From Chiloscyllium plagiosum (taxonomy: Eukaryota): a DNA stretch of 33,525 nt. The first letter of the stretch is position 1. Each line of letters begins with the position of its first letter. The notes under the pieces are model-generated. The model did not search any database, was not told the DNA's origin, and saw only the letters and a list, made by a program, of their open reading frames with translations. A program made the translations under genes and the position numbers. Shown here one piece after another: positions 21,384-31,337 of this stretch. The stretch spans positions 272,482 through 306,006 of the forward strand of contig NC_057753.1 in the NCBI RefSeq assembly GCF_004010195.1, written 5' to 3'.

Positions 21384-21805
21384 TTCGATCCAACCCGTCC
21401 AGGCCGACCAGATATCCTAAACTAATCTAGTCCCATTTGCCAGCACTCGGCTCATATCCTTCTAAACCCTTCCACCACATCCTCTGGCAGCTCATTCCAT
21501 ACACACACCACCCTCTGCTTGAAAAAGTTGCCCCTTAGGTCCCTTTTAAATCTTTCCCCTCTCACCCTAAACCTATGGCCTTGAATGCTGGTCTCGCCCC
21601 ACCCCAGGCGGAAAACAACTTGTCTATTCACCCTATCCATGCTCCCTCATGATTTTGTAAACCTCTGTAAGGTCACCCCTCAGCCTCCGATGCTCCAGGG
21701 AAAACAGTCCCGGCCTATTCAACCTCTCCTTGTAGCTCAAGCCCTCCAATCACCAGCAAAATCCTTGTAAATCTTTTCTGAACCCTTTCAAGTTTCACAA
21801 CATCC
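21345..21805 (-). mobile_element. CR1 3' end
   Basis: GHRFRVRGERFKRDLRGNFFKQRVVCVWNELPEDVV plus the reverse-complement tail. Confidence 0.9.
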
Positions 21806-21809
21806 ACCT

Positions 21810-22210
21810 GTAGGACCTTCCTGCAACTGGACAGGGTTCAGTTGAGACTGCATTTGGAGGACCACACGTGGTTTTAGTCCGTACATCGAAGACAGGATAT
21901 ACTTGCATTTGCTGTGGTGCAGGAAAGGATGAGGGTGAGAATAAGGGGTCATGGTGTCAGGATATGGGGTAGGCTACTTAGCACTGGGAAGAGAAGAAGT
22001 TTCTTCAGTGTGTGGTAAACATGTAGTTTCTCCGCCACAGAATGCCATTAAAGACAGGGTCACTGATAATATTCAAGAAAGGAGGAGATAAATTCCTGAT
22101 TGCTGAAAGTGACGTGGGTACAGGAAGAGAGTGAGGGAGTGGTGGAGATGAAGGATCAGCCAGGAGTGGGTTCGATGAGCCAAATGTCCTCCTCCTATTT
22201 TCCATGTTCA
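21810..22210 (+). mobile_element. Old, internally deleted CR1 3' fragment
   Basis: Degenerate LQL..VRLHLE..WF.S and R.FF..VVN.W segments. Tail CCTCCTATTTTCCATGTT. Confidence 0.6.
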
Positions 22211-22674
22211 GGCAGACGGTGAATAGGAAATTCTAATCAACGGCAGCACCAAAGCATTCCGGCTTGATGTTATCTCCAGTCAGAGGAAGGAATGAGTTCT
22301 GCTTCGGCTTGTGTGGGAAACGAGGTTAGGCAAAGTGGAGTGTGCGATGAGAGGAAGAGATCGAAATAACCGAGACCACAGCAAGTCTTTCAAAGGAAAA
22401 GCGATTAGAAAATACTGCACGTAAGAGAAATGGTCTGCCGGTTGCCTGGGCTAATTTCAGCTGATTAGGAAGTGACCTCGCAAAGGTAACTCAGAGAAGG
22501 GGAGACCAGGAGAAAACAGGAACATAGTTGCTCTCCCAGCACTTTTCAAAACCATGACCACTACTGTGTAGAAGGGAAGCAGATATGGGGGGATCACTAC
22601 ACCCTGTAGGTTCCCTTCCAAGTCACTCACCATCCTGACTGGGAAATAAATTGTTGTTCCTTCAGTGTCATTGA

Positions 22675-22903
22675 TTTGTACATTCTCCCCGTGTCTGCGT
22701 GGGTTTCCTCCGGGTGCTCCGGTTTCCTCCCACAGTCCAAAGATGTGCAGGTCAGGGTGGATTGGCCATGCTAAATTGCCCATAGTGTCAGGTGCATTAG
22801 TCAGAGGGAAATGGGTCTGGGTGGGTTACTCTTTGGAGGGGTCGGTGTGGACTGGTTGGGCTGAAGGGCCTGTTTCCACACTGTAGGGAATCTAATCTAA
22901 TCT
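22675..22903 (+). mobile_element. 5'-truncated V-SINE
   Basis: V-core and (AATCT)n tail. Confidence 0.9.
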
Positions 22904-23180
22904 ATAGCAGCAGGCCATTCAGACCATCAAATGCACTCACTGACCCTCCAAAGAGCATCTCACCCAGACCAACCCCTGTATCCCTCCATTCCACCTCGCC
23001 TGTACATCCTTGGACACTACGGGCAATTTAGCATGGCCAATCCACCTAACCTGCACATCTTTGGTCTGTGGGAGGAAACTGATGTAGACACGGGTAGAAT
23101 GCGCAAACTCCATACAACAGTCGCCTGAATTGAATCCTGGTCCTTGGCGCTGTGAGGCAGCAGTGTTAACCGCACTACCA
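22904..23180 (-). mobile_element. Older V-SINE, tail-to-tail with the previous copy
   Basis: Reverse-complement core GGGCAATTTAGCATGGCCAATCCACCTAACCTGCACATCTTTGG and tRNA head remnants. Confidence 0.8.
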
Positions 23181-23604
23181 CTGGGTCAACATCCTGGAAT
23201 TCCCACCCTAAGGACATTGTGGGTCTATCTATGGCACGTGGATTCAAGAAAGCAGTTTATCACCATCTTCTGAAGAGCAAGAGGGACGGTAATAAATGTT
23301 GGTCCTGCTCACTCAGACTCTCCCATTCACTTCCACCCCTCTCGCAATCAGTCTTTCTTGCACACACTCACTGACACTCTGCCACCCCCAACTCCCAACC
23401 TCTTAGTAAAAACAAACCTGGACCCAACATAAAAACAACAAAGATTTACGAAAAGATTAACAAGGAGGGAAAAACAAAAGGACGAGAGAAAGTTAGCCAA
23501 AAATATAAAAACAGATATGGAAAGTTCCTTCAAATACTTAAAAAAGAGAGTGTTAACAAAGTATAGTTCTATAGAATATGTGTATAAGGAATTAATGACT
23601 GAGG

Positions 23605-24243
23605 ATTAGATGAGATTCCCTACAGTGTGGAAACAGGCCCTTAGGCCCAACAAGTCCACACCGACCCTCTGAAGAGCAACCCACCCAGACCCATTCCCCT
23701 ACATTCACCCCTGAATGATACACCTAACACTACGGGCAATTTAGCATGGCCAATCCACCTGATCTGCACATCTGGCTCAGTGGTTAGCAGTGCTGCCTCA
23801 CAGTGCCAGGGACCCGGGTTCAATTCCTGCCTCAGGCAACTGTCTGTGTCAAGTTTGCACATTCTCCCCACGTCTGTGTGGGTTTCCTCCGGGTGCTCCG
23901 GTTTCCTCCCACAATCCAAACATGTGCAGGTCAGGGTGAATTGGCCATGCTAAATTGCCCATAGTGTTAGGTGCATTAGTCAGGGGTGAATGTAGGGGAA
24001 AGGATCTGGGTGGGTTCCTCTTCGGAGGGTTGGCGTGGACCTGTTGGGCCGGAGGGCCTGTTTCCACACTGTAGGGAATCTCATCTAATCTTTGGACTGT
24101 GGGAGGAAACCGGAGCACCCGGAAGAAACCCACGCAGACACGGGGAGAACTCCACACAGACAGTTGCCCGAGATGGGAATTGAACCCGAGTCCCTGGCGC
24201 CATGAGGCAGCAGTGCTAACCACTGAGCCACCATGCTGCCCCC
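23605..24243 (-). mobile_element. V-SINE, full length, interrupted by an antisense V-SINE
   Basis: The 3' part (23605-23773) and 5' part (24092-24243) rejoin as CTGCACATCT|TTGGACTGTGGG. Confidence 0.92.
23774..24091 (+). mobile_element. V-SINE nested in opposite orientation
   Basis: Runs from GGCTCAGTGGTTAGC to the tail AATCTCATCTAATCT. ATCT occurs at both junctions. Confidence 0.92.
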
Positions 24244-24465
24244 AAAACAGGATAAGGAGATGGCAGATGAATTGAACACATACTTTGCATTTGTCGTATT
24301 AAAGAGTGTGCAAGTAACAAGGGAGGGTCAAACACAAGAAAATGACATCAATGCTGTTAGTTTCTGTTTTAGTGCAAATGGAATTTAATACAACAACTGT
24401 ATACTTCAGTTATACAGGGAGTGGCGAGAACACATCAGGAGAACTGTGAACAGTATTGGTCATCA

Positions 24466-24944
24466 AGGTAAAACCAATGACTGCAGATGCTGGAAACCAG
24501 ATTCGGGATTAGTGGTGCTGGAAGAGCACAGCAGTTCAGGCTGCATCTGAGGAGCAGCGAAATCGACGTTTTGGGCAAAAGCCCTTCATTAGGAATAAAG
24601 GCAGAGAGACTGAAGGGTGGAGAGATAAGACAGAGGAGGGTGGGGGTGGGGAGAAAGTAGCATAGAGTGGGGGAGGGGATGAAGGTGATAGGTCAGGGAG
24701 GAAGAGCTTCAGGGCAGAGGAAATGACCTGGGAGTTGCAGTGGGAGAGGGACTCCCTGAGATTCTTGTAGAGAGAGAAGGAAAACTTCTTTAAGGCAGGC
24801 ATCCTTGCAAGAGGATTCGCAGTAGGGTTAAAATCAACTAGGTAAAAACAATGACTGCAGATGCTGGAAACCAGATTCTGGATTAGTGGTGCTGGAAGAG
24901 CACAGCAGTTCAGGCAGCATCCGAGGGAGCAGTAAAATCGACGT
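24466..24944 (-). mobile_element. Internally deleted, non-autonomous Penelope-like element with ~105-bp terminal direct repeats and a 12-bp TSD
   Basis: TSD TATTGGTCATCA at 24454-24465 and 24945-24956. Direct repeat ~24466-24570 vs ~24840-24944. ORF start MPALKKFSFSLYKNLRESLSHCNSQVISSALKLF (24802-24701) is fused to the pLTR pyrimidine tract. Confidence 0.85.
24561..24596 (-). ncRNA. Degenerate minimal hammerhead ribozyme motif
   Basis: Minus strand reads TTC-CTAATGA-a-GGGC/tttt/GCCC-AAAA-CGTC-GAT. Helix II is intact, but both core G residues are mutated to A. Confidence 0.65.
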
Positions 24945-25410
24945 TATTGGTCATCAGATTGTCAGAAGGGTGTTAATGCATTGCGAGCAGCTCAGAGGGA
25001 AGGTTTACTCGGTTAATACCTGGAAGGATTGGATTGCGTTTTCTGATGACAGGGTAGAGAAGCTAGGCCTGTATCCTCTGGAGTTTCAAAGAGGCAGAGC
25101 TGACTTTATTGAAACATTTAATATCTTGAAGGGACTCCACCACGTGGATGTGGAAGGAATGCTGCCTCCTGCAGCAGAAGCCAGAACTGTAGGTCATAAA
25201 CGACGGATTATGAAATATTTGCTTCTATCAAAGGCTGGAGAGTCTTTGGAGTCTCCTCTTCCTCAACTGGCAGTGGATTTTTTTTTAAAGGTAGAGGTAG
25301 ATATATGGTTGATCGCCAAAGGAATGAAGGATTATCGGGTTGCGTGGAAATGTAGACTTGAGGTTAAAATCAGATCAGCCACGTTCGTGTTGAATGGCTG
25401 GAAAAGCTGA

Positions 25411-25810
25411 GTGGAGAAAGTGAGGTCTGCAGATGCTGGAGATCAGAGCCGAACAATGTGTTGCTGGAAAAGCGCAGCAGGTCAGGCAGCATCCAAGGAG
25501 CAGGAGAATCGACGTTTCGGGGATAAGCCCTTCTTCAGGAATGAGGAGAGTGTGTCCAGCAGGCTAAGATAAAAGGTAGGGAGGAGGGACTGGGGGGAGG
25601 GGGGGTTGGGAATGTGATAGGTGGAGGGAGGTCAAGGTGAGGGTGATAGGTCAGACTGGGGTGGGGGCGGAGAGGTCGGGAAGAAGATTGCAGGTTAGGA
25701 AGGCGGTGCTGAGTTCCAGGGACTTGGCTGAGACAAGGTGGGGGGGAGGGGAAATGAGGAAACTGGAGAAGTCTGAGTTCATCCCTTGTGGTTGGAGGGT
25801 TCCCAGGCGG
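25411..25810 (-). mobile_element. 5'-truncated Penelope-like element (GIY-YIG C-terminus plus pLTR)
   Basis: Minus strand reads RLGTLQPQGMNSDFSSF, resembling the end of the PLE GIY-YIG domain. The terminal ~130 bp is homologous to 24466-24596. Confidence 0.85.
25506..25543 (-). ncRNA. Minimal type I hammerhead ribozyme motif with intact core
   Basis: Minus strand reads ATTC-CTGAAGA-a-GGGc/ttat/cCCC-GAAA-CGTC-GATT. CUGANGA, GAAA, the ACGT palindrome and the GUC triplet are intact. Confidence 0.75.
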
Positions 25811-26105
25811 CCCTCCTGTTCACATGTCCCCTGCAGACAGCCTCCTCCTGGCTTCCCCCAAGTGAGCGTTTCTAACTAACTATTCTAAAGAGTCCGAACC
25901 TGATATTTTAAAAGCCCGTAAACAGAAAACGAAATGCCACTCGTTGACTGGCTCCTGACTCTGGAACCTTCCCCAAGTTGGGAAGAGGGATTGCATCAAA
26001 CTGAATGCCTTGAGGTCCACCCCCCGACCTCATTCATCCAACACCTTCCCCTCTCTCCCCCCATTGTTACATCCCGAGGGGGGGTGGGCGGGGCTGCTAG
26101 ACGCA

Positions 26106-26270
26106 CTCTGATTGGTCGGAGGGCCACACGGCCGAGTGCCTTCTCCTGATTGGTTGAAGCCGCCCGGCCGACTGCCTTCTCCTGATTGGTTGAAGCCGCC
26201 CGGCCGATTGCCTTCTCCTGATTGGTCGGAGCCCACCCGCCCTGCCGATTGTCCCGCCTTCTGATTGGCT
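26106..26270 (-). promoter_or_regulatory. Array of five NF-Y CCAAT boxes, partly a 36-bp tandem repeat
   Basis: CTGATTGG(T/C) with ATTGG at 26111, 26149, 26185, 26221 and 26264. Unit GCCTTCTCCTGATTGGTTGAAGCCGCCCGGCCGA(C/T)T. Confidence 0.85.
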
Positions 26271-26505
26271 GCTCCCCACGTCAATCCGAAGCCGGTCGCG
26301 AGGGACAGCCCCACCCCCCCCCCCCACTTTCGACATCCGACGCGGTCGAGGCACCGAGACGGTTGAACAGTGAGGTTTTTTTAAAAATTAAAACTTCAAG
26401 GTTAAACTTGCCCTGAAGCTTTCCAGTTATAGCAGCGGCGGCGGCGGGAGGGTCCGCGAGTGACCGGATGTGACCACTTACCCCCCTCCCCACTGTCTAC
26501 GGAGC

Positions 26506-26517
26506 CGCGCATGCGCG
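26506..26517. promoter_or_regulatory. NRF1-type palindrome CGCGCATGCGCG
   Basis: Perfect 12-bp palindrome containing the NRF1 core GCGCATGCGC. Confidence 0.7.
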
Positions 26518-26831
26518 CCCAGCTCCGGCAGCTGGGGATAGAGCGCTTTCCGACGCCCAGCGCCTTCTGGGTAGCGCCGCCCGCCATTGACCATTAGCCC
26601 CGAGCAGTGACACCTCCCAGCTCTCCCAGTGGGAAGAGGTGCGAGTGAACTGGGGGCTCTGAGCGGCGGGGTTACTCACACTTGATGTCTACAGTCCCCC
26701 TCTTCCCTGGGAGAGTTTCCAGTTCAAGGGGAAAGTGACCTGTTTTGTTCAGTCGTAACCAACTGGATCGAGGCCCCTGGCTTCCACGCCGGCTGTCTGA
26801 GGAGTGATCCAGTCAGTTTCCTCACTGTCGT

Positions 26832-27134
26832 TGGCTCAATGGTTAGCACCGCTGCTCTCAGCGCCAGGGACCCAGGTTCGATTCCAGCGAGTCTCTGTGT
26901 GGAGTTTGCACATTCTCCCCGTGTCTGTGTGGGTTTCCTCCGGGTGCTCCGGTTTCCTCCCACAATCCAAAGATGCGCAGGTTAGGGTAAATTGCCCATA
27001 GTGTTAGGTGCATTAGTCAGGGGTAAATACTGGGTGGGAGAATGGGTCTGAGTGGGTTACTCTTCGGAGGGTCAGTGTGGACTTGTGAGCTAAATGGCCT
27101 GTTTCCATACTGTAGGGAATCTAATCCAATCTAA
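26832..27134 (+). mobile_element. V-SINE
   Basis: A box, B box GGTTCGATTCC, V-core and tail. Confidence 0.9.
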
Positions 27135-28207
27135 AATGTGAATGAACAGCAAGGAGGAAGTGATTAGGCACCTGCATGGCTCAATTGGACCAGAATTGAG
27201 TCAAAGGAACAGAGTGAACCTGATGGTGAAAGGCAGCAGCACAGCTTCTGGACAAAAACCTGAGGAGCGGGCCCCAGTTCAAGCTCAGCAGAAGCAGAGC
27301 AGGAGGGCTCTGTTGCGGTGGGAGAGCAAAGAATTGAGCCCACTTGGAGCAACAGCGGGGGAAGAGTGGATTGAGCTCAGTCAGTTCAGGAGCGAATCCA
27401 GCTCAGTCACATCAGCAGGAGGTGAAACCTTCAATGAATCAAGAAGCAGAGCTCCCGAGATGATGCCAGGTTCGAAAAATGTTATGTAGGGCTGCTTATG
27501 AACTAGTTTTAAAGATTGATTGAATAGTACCAGAGGCAAACAATGTAAAGTCCTTACTTTTGTTGTTCGTAGTTAGGAATAGAGCGACAACGAGAGAGAG
27601 AAAAATCTGAGTTGGTGAGTAATGGATAAGGTTGAGTCATTTGTTAGTTTATTGTTTGTAGTTGATAATGTTCACTATGGAATGCTCCTCCTGCAATGTG
27701 GGAAATCAATGACACTTCCAGTGTCCACGGTATACAGGAAATACGTTCAGCTGCAGCTCCTGATTGATAGTGTAGAACTTCCAGAGCTGCAGACGGACTC
27801 ACTATGGAGCGTCCGTGGTGCTGAGGACATTGTGGATAGCACATTTAGTGAGCTGGTCACACATAAATAAGGGCTACACAGGCAGAAAAGCATCAGAGTG
27901 ACCACTTGAAAAACTAGTAAATGTGGCCATTAAACAGAGGAAGTGTTTTAGATACTGTTTGGGGGTGGGGAGTTCGTTTCTTGGGAAAGCAGCTTCAGCC
28001 AAGTTTGTACTGTCATGATTGCTGTGCATTAGGGAAGGATAAGGACTGGGACAGCATTCATAATATGCAATTTGATTGTAAGGGGAAGTGACATGCGGTT
28101 TGTAGCAGCAAATGAGAATCTTGAATATTACATTGCCTCCCTAGCACTAGGTATGGCTCAGAGCAGCTTCAGGGCATTCTGAAGGGGAAGGGTGAACAGC
28201 CTACAGT

Positions 28208-28930
28208 CATAGAAAATACATAAGAACTAGGAGCAGGGGTAGGCCATCTGGCACTTGGAGCCTGCTCCACCATGTAATAAGGTCATGGCTGATCTTTTCA
28301 TGGACTCGGCTCTGCTTACCACGCTCTCACCGTATCCCTTAATTCCTTTATTGTTCAAACAAATTTCTATCTTAGCTTCAAAAACATTTTCTGAAGTAGA
28401 GTCAAATACTTCACTGGGTAGGGAATTCCATAAATTCACAACTCTCTGGGTGAAGAGGTTCCTTCTCAATTCGGTCTTAAATCTAATCTCTCTAATTTTG
28501 AGGCTCTGCCCTCTTGTCCTAGTTTCACCTGCCAGCGGAAACATCCTTTCTACTTCTATCTTATCTATTCCCTTCATAATTTCATATGTTTCTATAAGAT
28601 TCCCCCCCCCTCATTCTTATAAATTCCAATGAATATAATCCCAGTCTACTCAGCCTCTCCTCATAAACCAACTCCCTCAACTCCTGAATCAACCTAGTGA
28701 TCCCCCTCTACACTCCCTCCAGTGCCAGGACATCTTTTCTCAAGTAGGGAGACCAAAACTGCACACAATACTCCAAGTGAGGCCTCATCAGCAACCTGTA
28801 TAGCTGCAATATAACTTCCCTGCTGTTAAACCCAAATCCCTTTCGCAATGAAGGACAAAATTCCATTTGCCTTCCTAATTACCTGTCATACCTGCAGACC
28901 AACCCTCTGATTCATGCACAAGGACACCCA
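28208..28930 (-). mobile_element. 5'-truncated CR1 inserted antisense into ORF1 of the host CR1
   Basis: MKGIDKIEVERMFPLAGETRTRG..FTQRVVNLWNSLP plus tail. Probable TSD CAGTCAT (28204-28210) / CAGTCGT (28929-28935). Confidence 0.9.
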
Positions 28931-29055
28931 GTCGTGGCGCATCAGTATCAATGACATGGATAAAAATAGAAATGAGGAGTTTAGAGAGTTAGGTAATAGA
29001 TTAAGGATGAAGACTACTAAAGTTGTAATCTCACGCTACAGAGGAAAATAGAATA

Positions 29056-29350
29056 GGGTGGCTCAGTGGTTAGCACTGCTGCCTCACAGCACCAGGATCC
29101 CAGGTTCGATTCCTGCCTCGGGCGACTGTCTGTGTGGAGTTTGCACATTCTCCCTGTGTCTGCGTGGGTTTCCTCCCCCAGTCCAAAGATGTGCAGGTTA
29201 GGATGGATTGGCCTTGCTAAATTATCCATAGTGCGAGGTGTATTAGTCAGAGGGAAATGGGTCTGAGTGGGTTACTCTTCGGAGGGTCGGTGTAGACTGG
29301 TTGGGCCAAAGGGCCTGTTTCCACACTGGAGGGAACCTAATCTAATCTAA
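29056..29350 (+). mobile_element. V-SINE inside CR1 ORF1
   Basis: A and B boxes, V-core with a small deletion, (AATCT)n tail. Confidence 0.9.
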
Positions 29351-30026
29351 TTAGATGAACATGTGGCTAAAGGTGTAGGAGGGAGGGCTTTAGATTTTTT
29401 GATCACTGGGACAGCTTCTGGGGTAGCTGGACAGGTTGCACCTGAACTGGAAAAGATCCAATATTTCCTGAATAAGAGGTTTGCTTGTACTGCTGGGGAG
29501 ATTTTAAATTGATTTGACAGGAGGATGGGACACAGAGTAGATGTAAAATTGGGACCAAGGTTCAATCCAACATAGAAGATGGATATAAATAGTTGTAGAA
29601 GGAATACTGGGACAGACCAGTAAGTGGAAAAGACATGGGCAGGATAAGACATGTGGGAGGTCTACGAAGTTAAACTGTACCTATTTTAATGCAAGGGACA
29701 TGACTGGTATGGCAGATGTACATTGATCAGCAAGTGGGATATTGTTGCAATCACTGAGACATGGTTGAAGGAAGGACAGGACTGGCAACTCGAAATTCCA
29801 GGGTATAGAAGTTTCAAGTGTAATGGGAAGCAAGAAGTGGATGCATTGCATTATTGATAAAAGACACCTATCATTCACCTTAAAGTGGATAGTGCTTATA
29901 AATTAAAAAAAAAGGGTGATTACCTTGCTGGGAGTATCGTACAAGCCTCCCAACAGTCAGAGGGAGATGGAGGAGCACAATGTAGGCAAACCACAGAAAT
30001 GTATTTGAGAAATAGGGTTATGGTAG

Positions 30027-31337
30027 ACTAATTGGGAAAGTTAGATCACATAAGATTCAGGGTGAGCTTGCCAATTGGATACAGAATTAGCTTACTGGCA
30101 GGAATAGAAAGTGGTGATAGACGGTTTTTTGGACTGAAGGCCTGTGACCAGCAGTGTTCCACAGGGATCAGTGCTGGGTCCACTTTTGTTTGTCATTTAT
30201 ATAAATGATTTAGGTGAGAATATAGAAGTTGGAAGGTTATCTAAGATTACAAAGAGGCCTTGATCAATTGGGTTAATGAAGAGTGACAGATGGAGTTTAA
30301 TTTGGACAAATGCGAGGTATTGCATTTTGGGAAAACAAGTCAGGGCAGGACTTGTACAATTAAAAGTAGGGTCTTGGGTAGTTTTATTAGAACAGAGAGA
30401 CCTAGGGCTCAGGTACACAGTTCTATAGATACGGTAGTTAAGAAGGTGTTTCGTATGCTTGCCTTCATTACTCAGACCTTTGAGGGTTGGGGTTGAACAG
30501 GATGTTGGTGAGGTCACTTTTGGAGTACTGTGTCTGGTTGTGTTTGCCCTCTTATAGAAAGGATATTAACAAGGTGGAGAGGGTTCAGAAGAAATCTATC
30601 AGGATGTTGCCAGGGATGGAGGGTTTGACTTAAAAGGAGAGGCTGGATCAGCTGGACTTATTTTGTTGGAGGTTGAGAGGTAACCTTGTAGAGGTTTTTA
30701 AAACCATATGGGATATGGATTAGGCGAATGATAGGTGTCTTTTCCCTTGGGTGGGAGATTTCAAGACTAGGGGGCATATCTTTCAGGTGTGAGGAGAAAG
30801 ATTAAAAAAGACTCGAGGGACAATTTTTTTTTACACAGAGTGGTTCATGTGTAAAAAGAACTTGCAGAGGAAGTAGTGGGCGGCCCGCTGCCTCACAGCA
30901 CCAGAGACCCGGGTTCAGTTCCCGCCTCAGGCGACCGACTGTGTGGAGTTTGCACGTTCTCCCCGTGTCTGCGTGGGTTTCCTCCGTCTGCTCCGGTTTC
31001 CTCCCACAGTCCAAACATGTGCAGGTCAGATGAATTGGCCATGCTAAATTGCCCGTAGTGTTGGGTTAGGGGTCTGGGTGGGTTGCGCTTTGGCGGGTCG
31101 GTGTGGACTTGTTGGGCCAAAGGGCCTGTTTCCACACTGTAATGTAATCTAAAATCTAAAGTAGTGGATGCAGGTAAGGTTATAGTTACAATGTTTAATT
31201 TAGGTAAGTGCATTAAAAAATATTTGGAGGGATATGGGCCAAGAGCAGACAGGTGGGACTAGGTTAGTTTGGGATTATGGTCACCATGGACTGATTGGAC
31301 CGAAGGGTCTGTTTCCGTGCTGTACGATTCTATGACT
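30027..31337 (+). mobile_element. 5'-truncated CR1 inserted into the endonuclease region of the host CR1
   Basis: [21 protein letters not shown] and MEFNLDKCEVLHFG, with its own tail GTTTCCGTGCTGTACGATTCTATGACT. Host APE sequence resumes at ~31340. Confidence 0.85.
30880..31158 (+). mobile_element. V-SINE lacking the A box, with a 9-bp TSD
   Basis: AAGTAGTGG at 30871-30879 and 31159-31167. B box, core and tail are present. Confidence 0.9.

Larger units (their letters stand above)
22530..23330 (+). mobile_element. LINE 3' fragment (CR1-group, putative partner of the Deu-like SINE) split by two SINEs
   Basis: ...AAGTCACTCACCATCCTGACTGGGAAATAAATTGTTGTTCCTTCAGTGTCA (to ~22670) joins CTGGGTCAACATCCTGGAATTCCC (from ~23182), ending GGTAATAAATGTTGG. 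Confidence 0.65.
23430..25830 (+). mobile_element. Old CR1 ORF2 remnant hosting SINE and PLE insertions
   Basis: ERKLAKNIKTD..SFKYL / KEMADELNTYFA / LQLYR..EQYWSS / EKLGLYPLEFQRGRADFIETFNILKGL, then a tail at ~25370-25410 and ~25811-25830. Confidence 0.72.
26060..26700. promoter_or_regulatory. CpG-island promoter (gene and direction unidentified)
   Basis: Sharp local excess of CpG in non-repeat sequence. GC box GGGCGGGGC (~26087), five CCAAT boxes, half-CRE ACGTCA (~26278), GCG triplet run (~26435), ETS-like CCGGATGT (~26464), NRF1 palindrome and YY1-like CCGCCATT (26581). Confidence 0.8.
27675..29515 (+). pseudogene. CR1 ORF1 remnant (N-terminal Cys motif/leucine zipper plus SGNH esterase)
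   Basis: ECSSC..WEI..RK.VQLQLL..ELQ.DSLWS..AEDIVDSTFSELVT; IVRG.D; CLP; SEQLQGILKG.GEQP; H..ND; REGFRF.DHWD.FWG; LHLNW. Many stops and frameshifts. Confidence 0.78.

Noticed and set aside
22210..22530. Possible plus-strand exon in unassigned sequence (CTCCAG ... GAG|GTTAGG)
   Set aside because: Weak splice signals and no recognisable peptide.
27142..27489. 115-aa ORF as a host gene next to the promoter
   Set aside because: It lies in the presumed CR1 5' UTR directly after a SINE tail, with no recognisable domain or splice structure.
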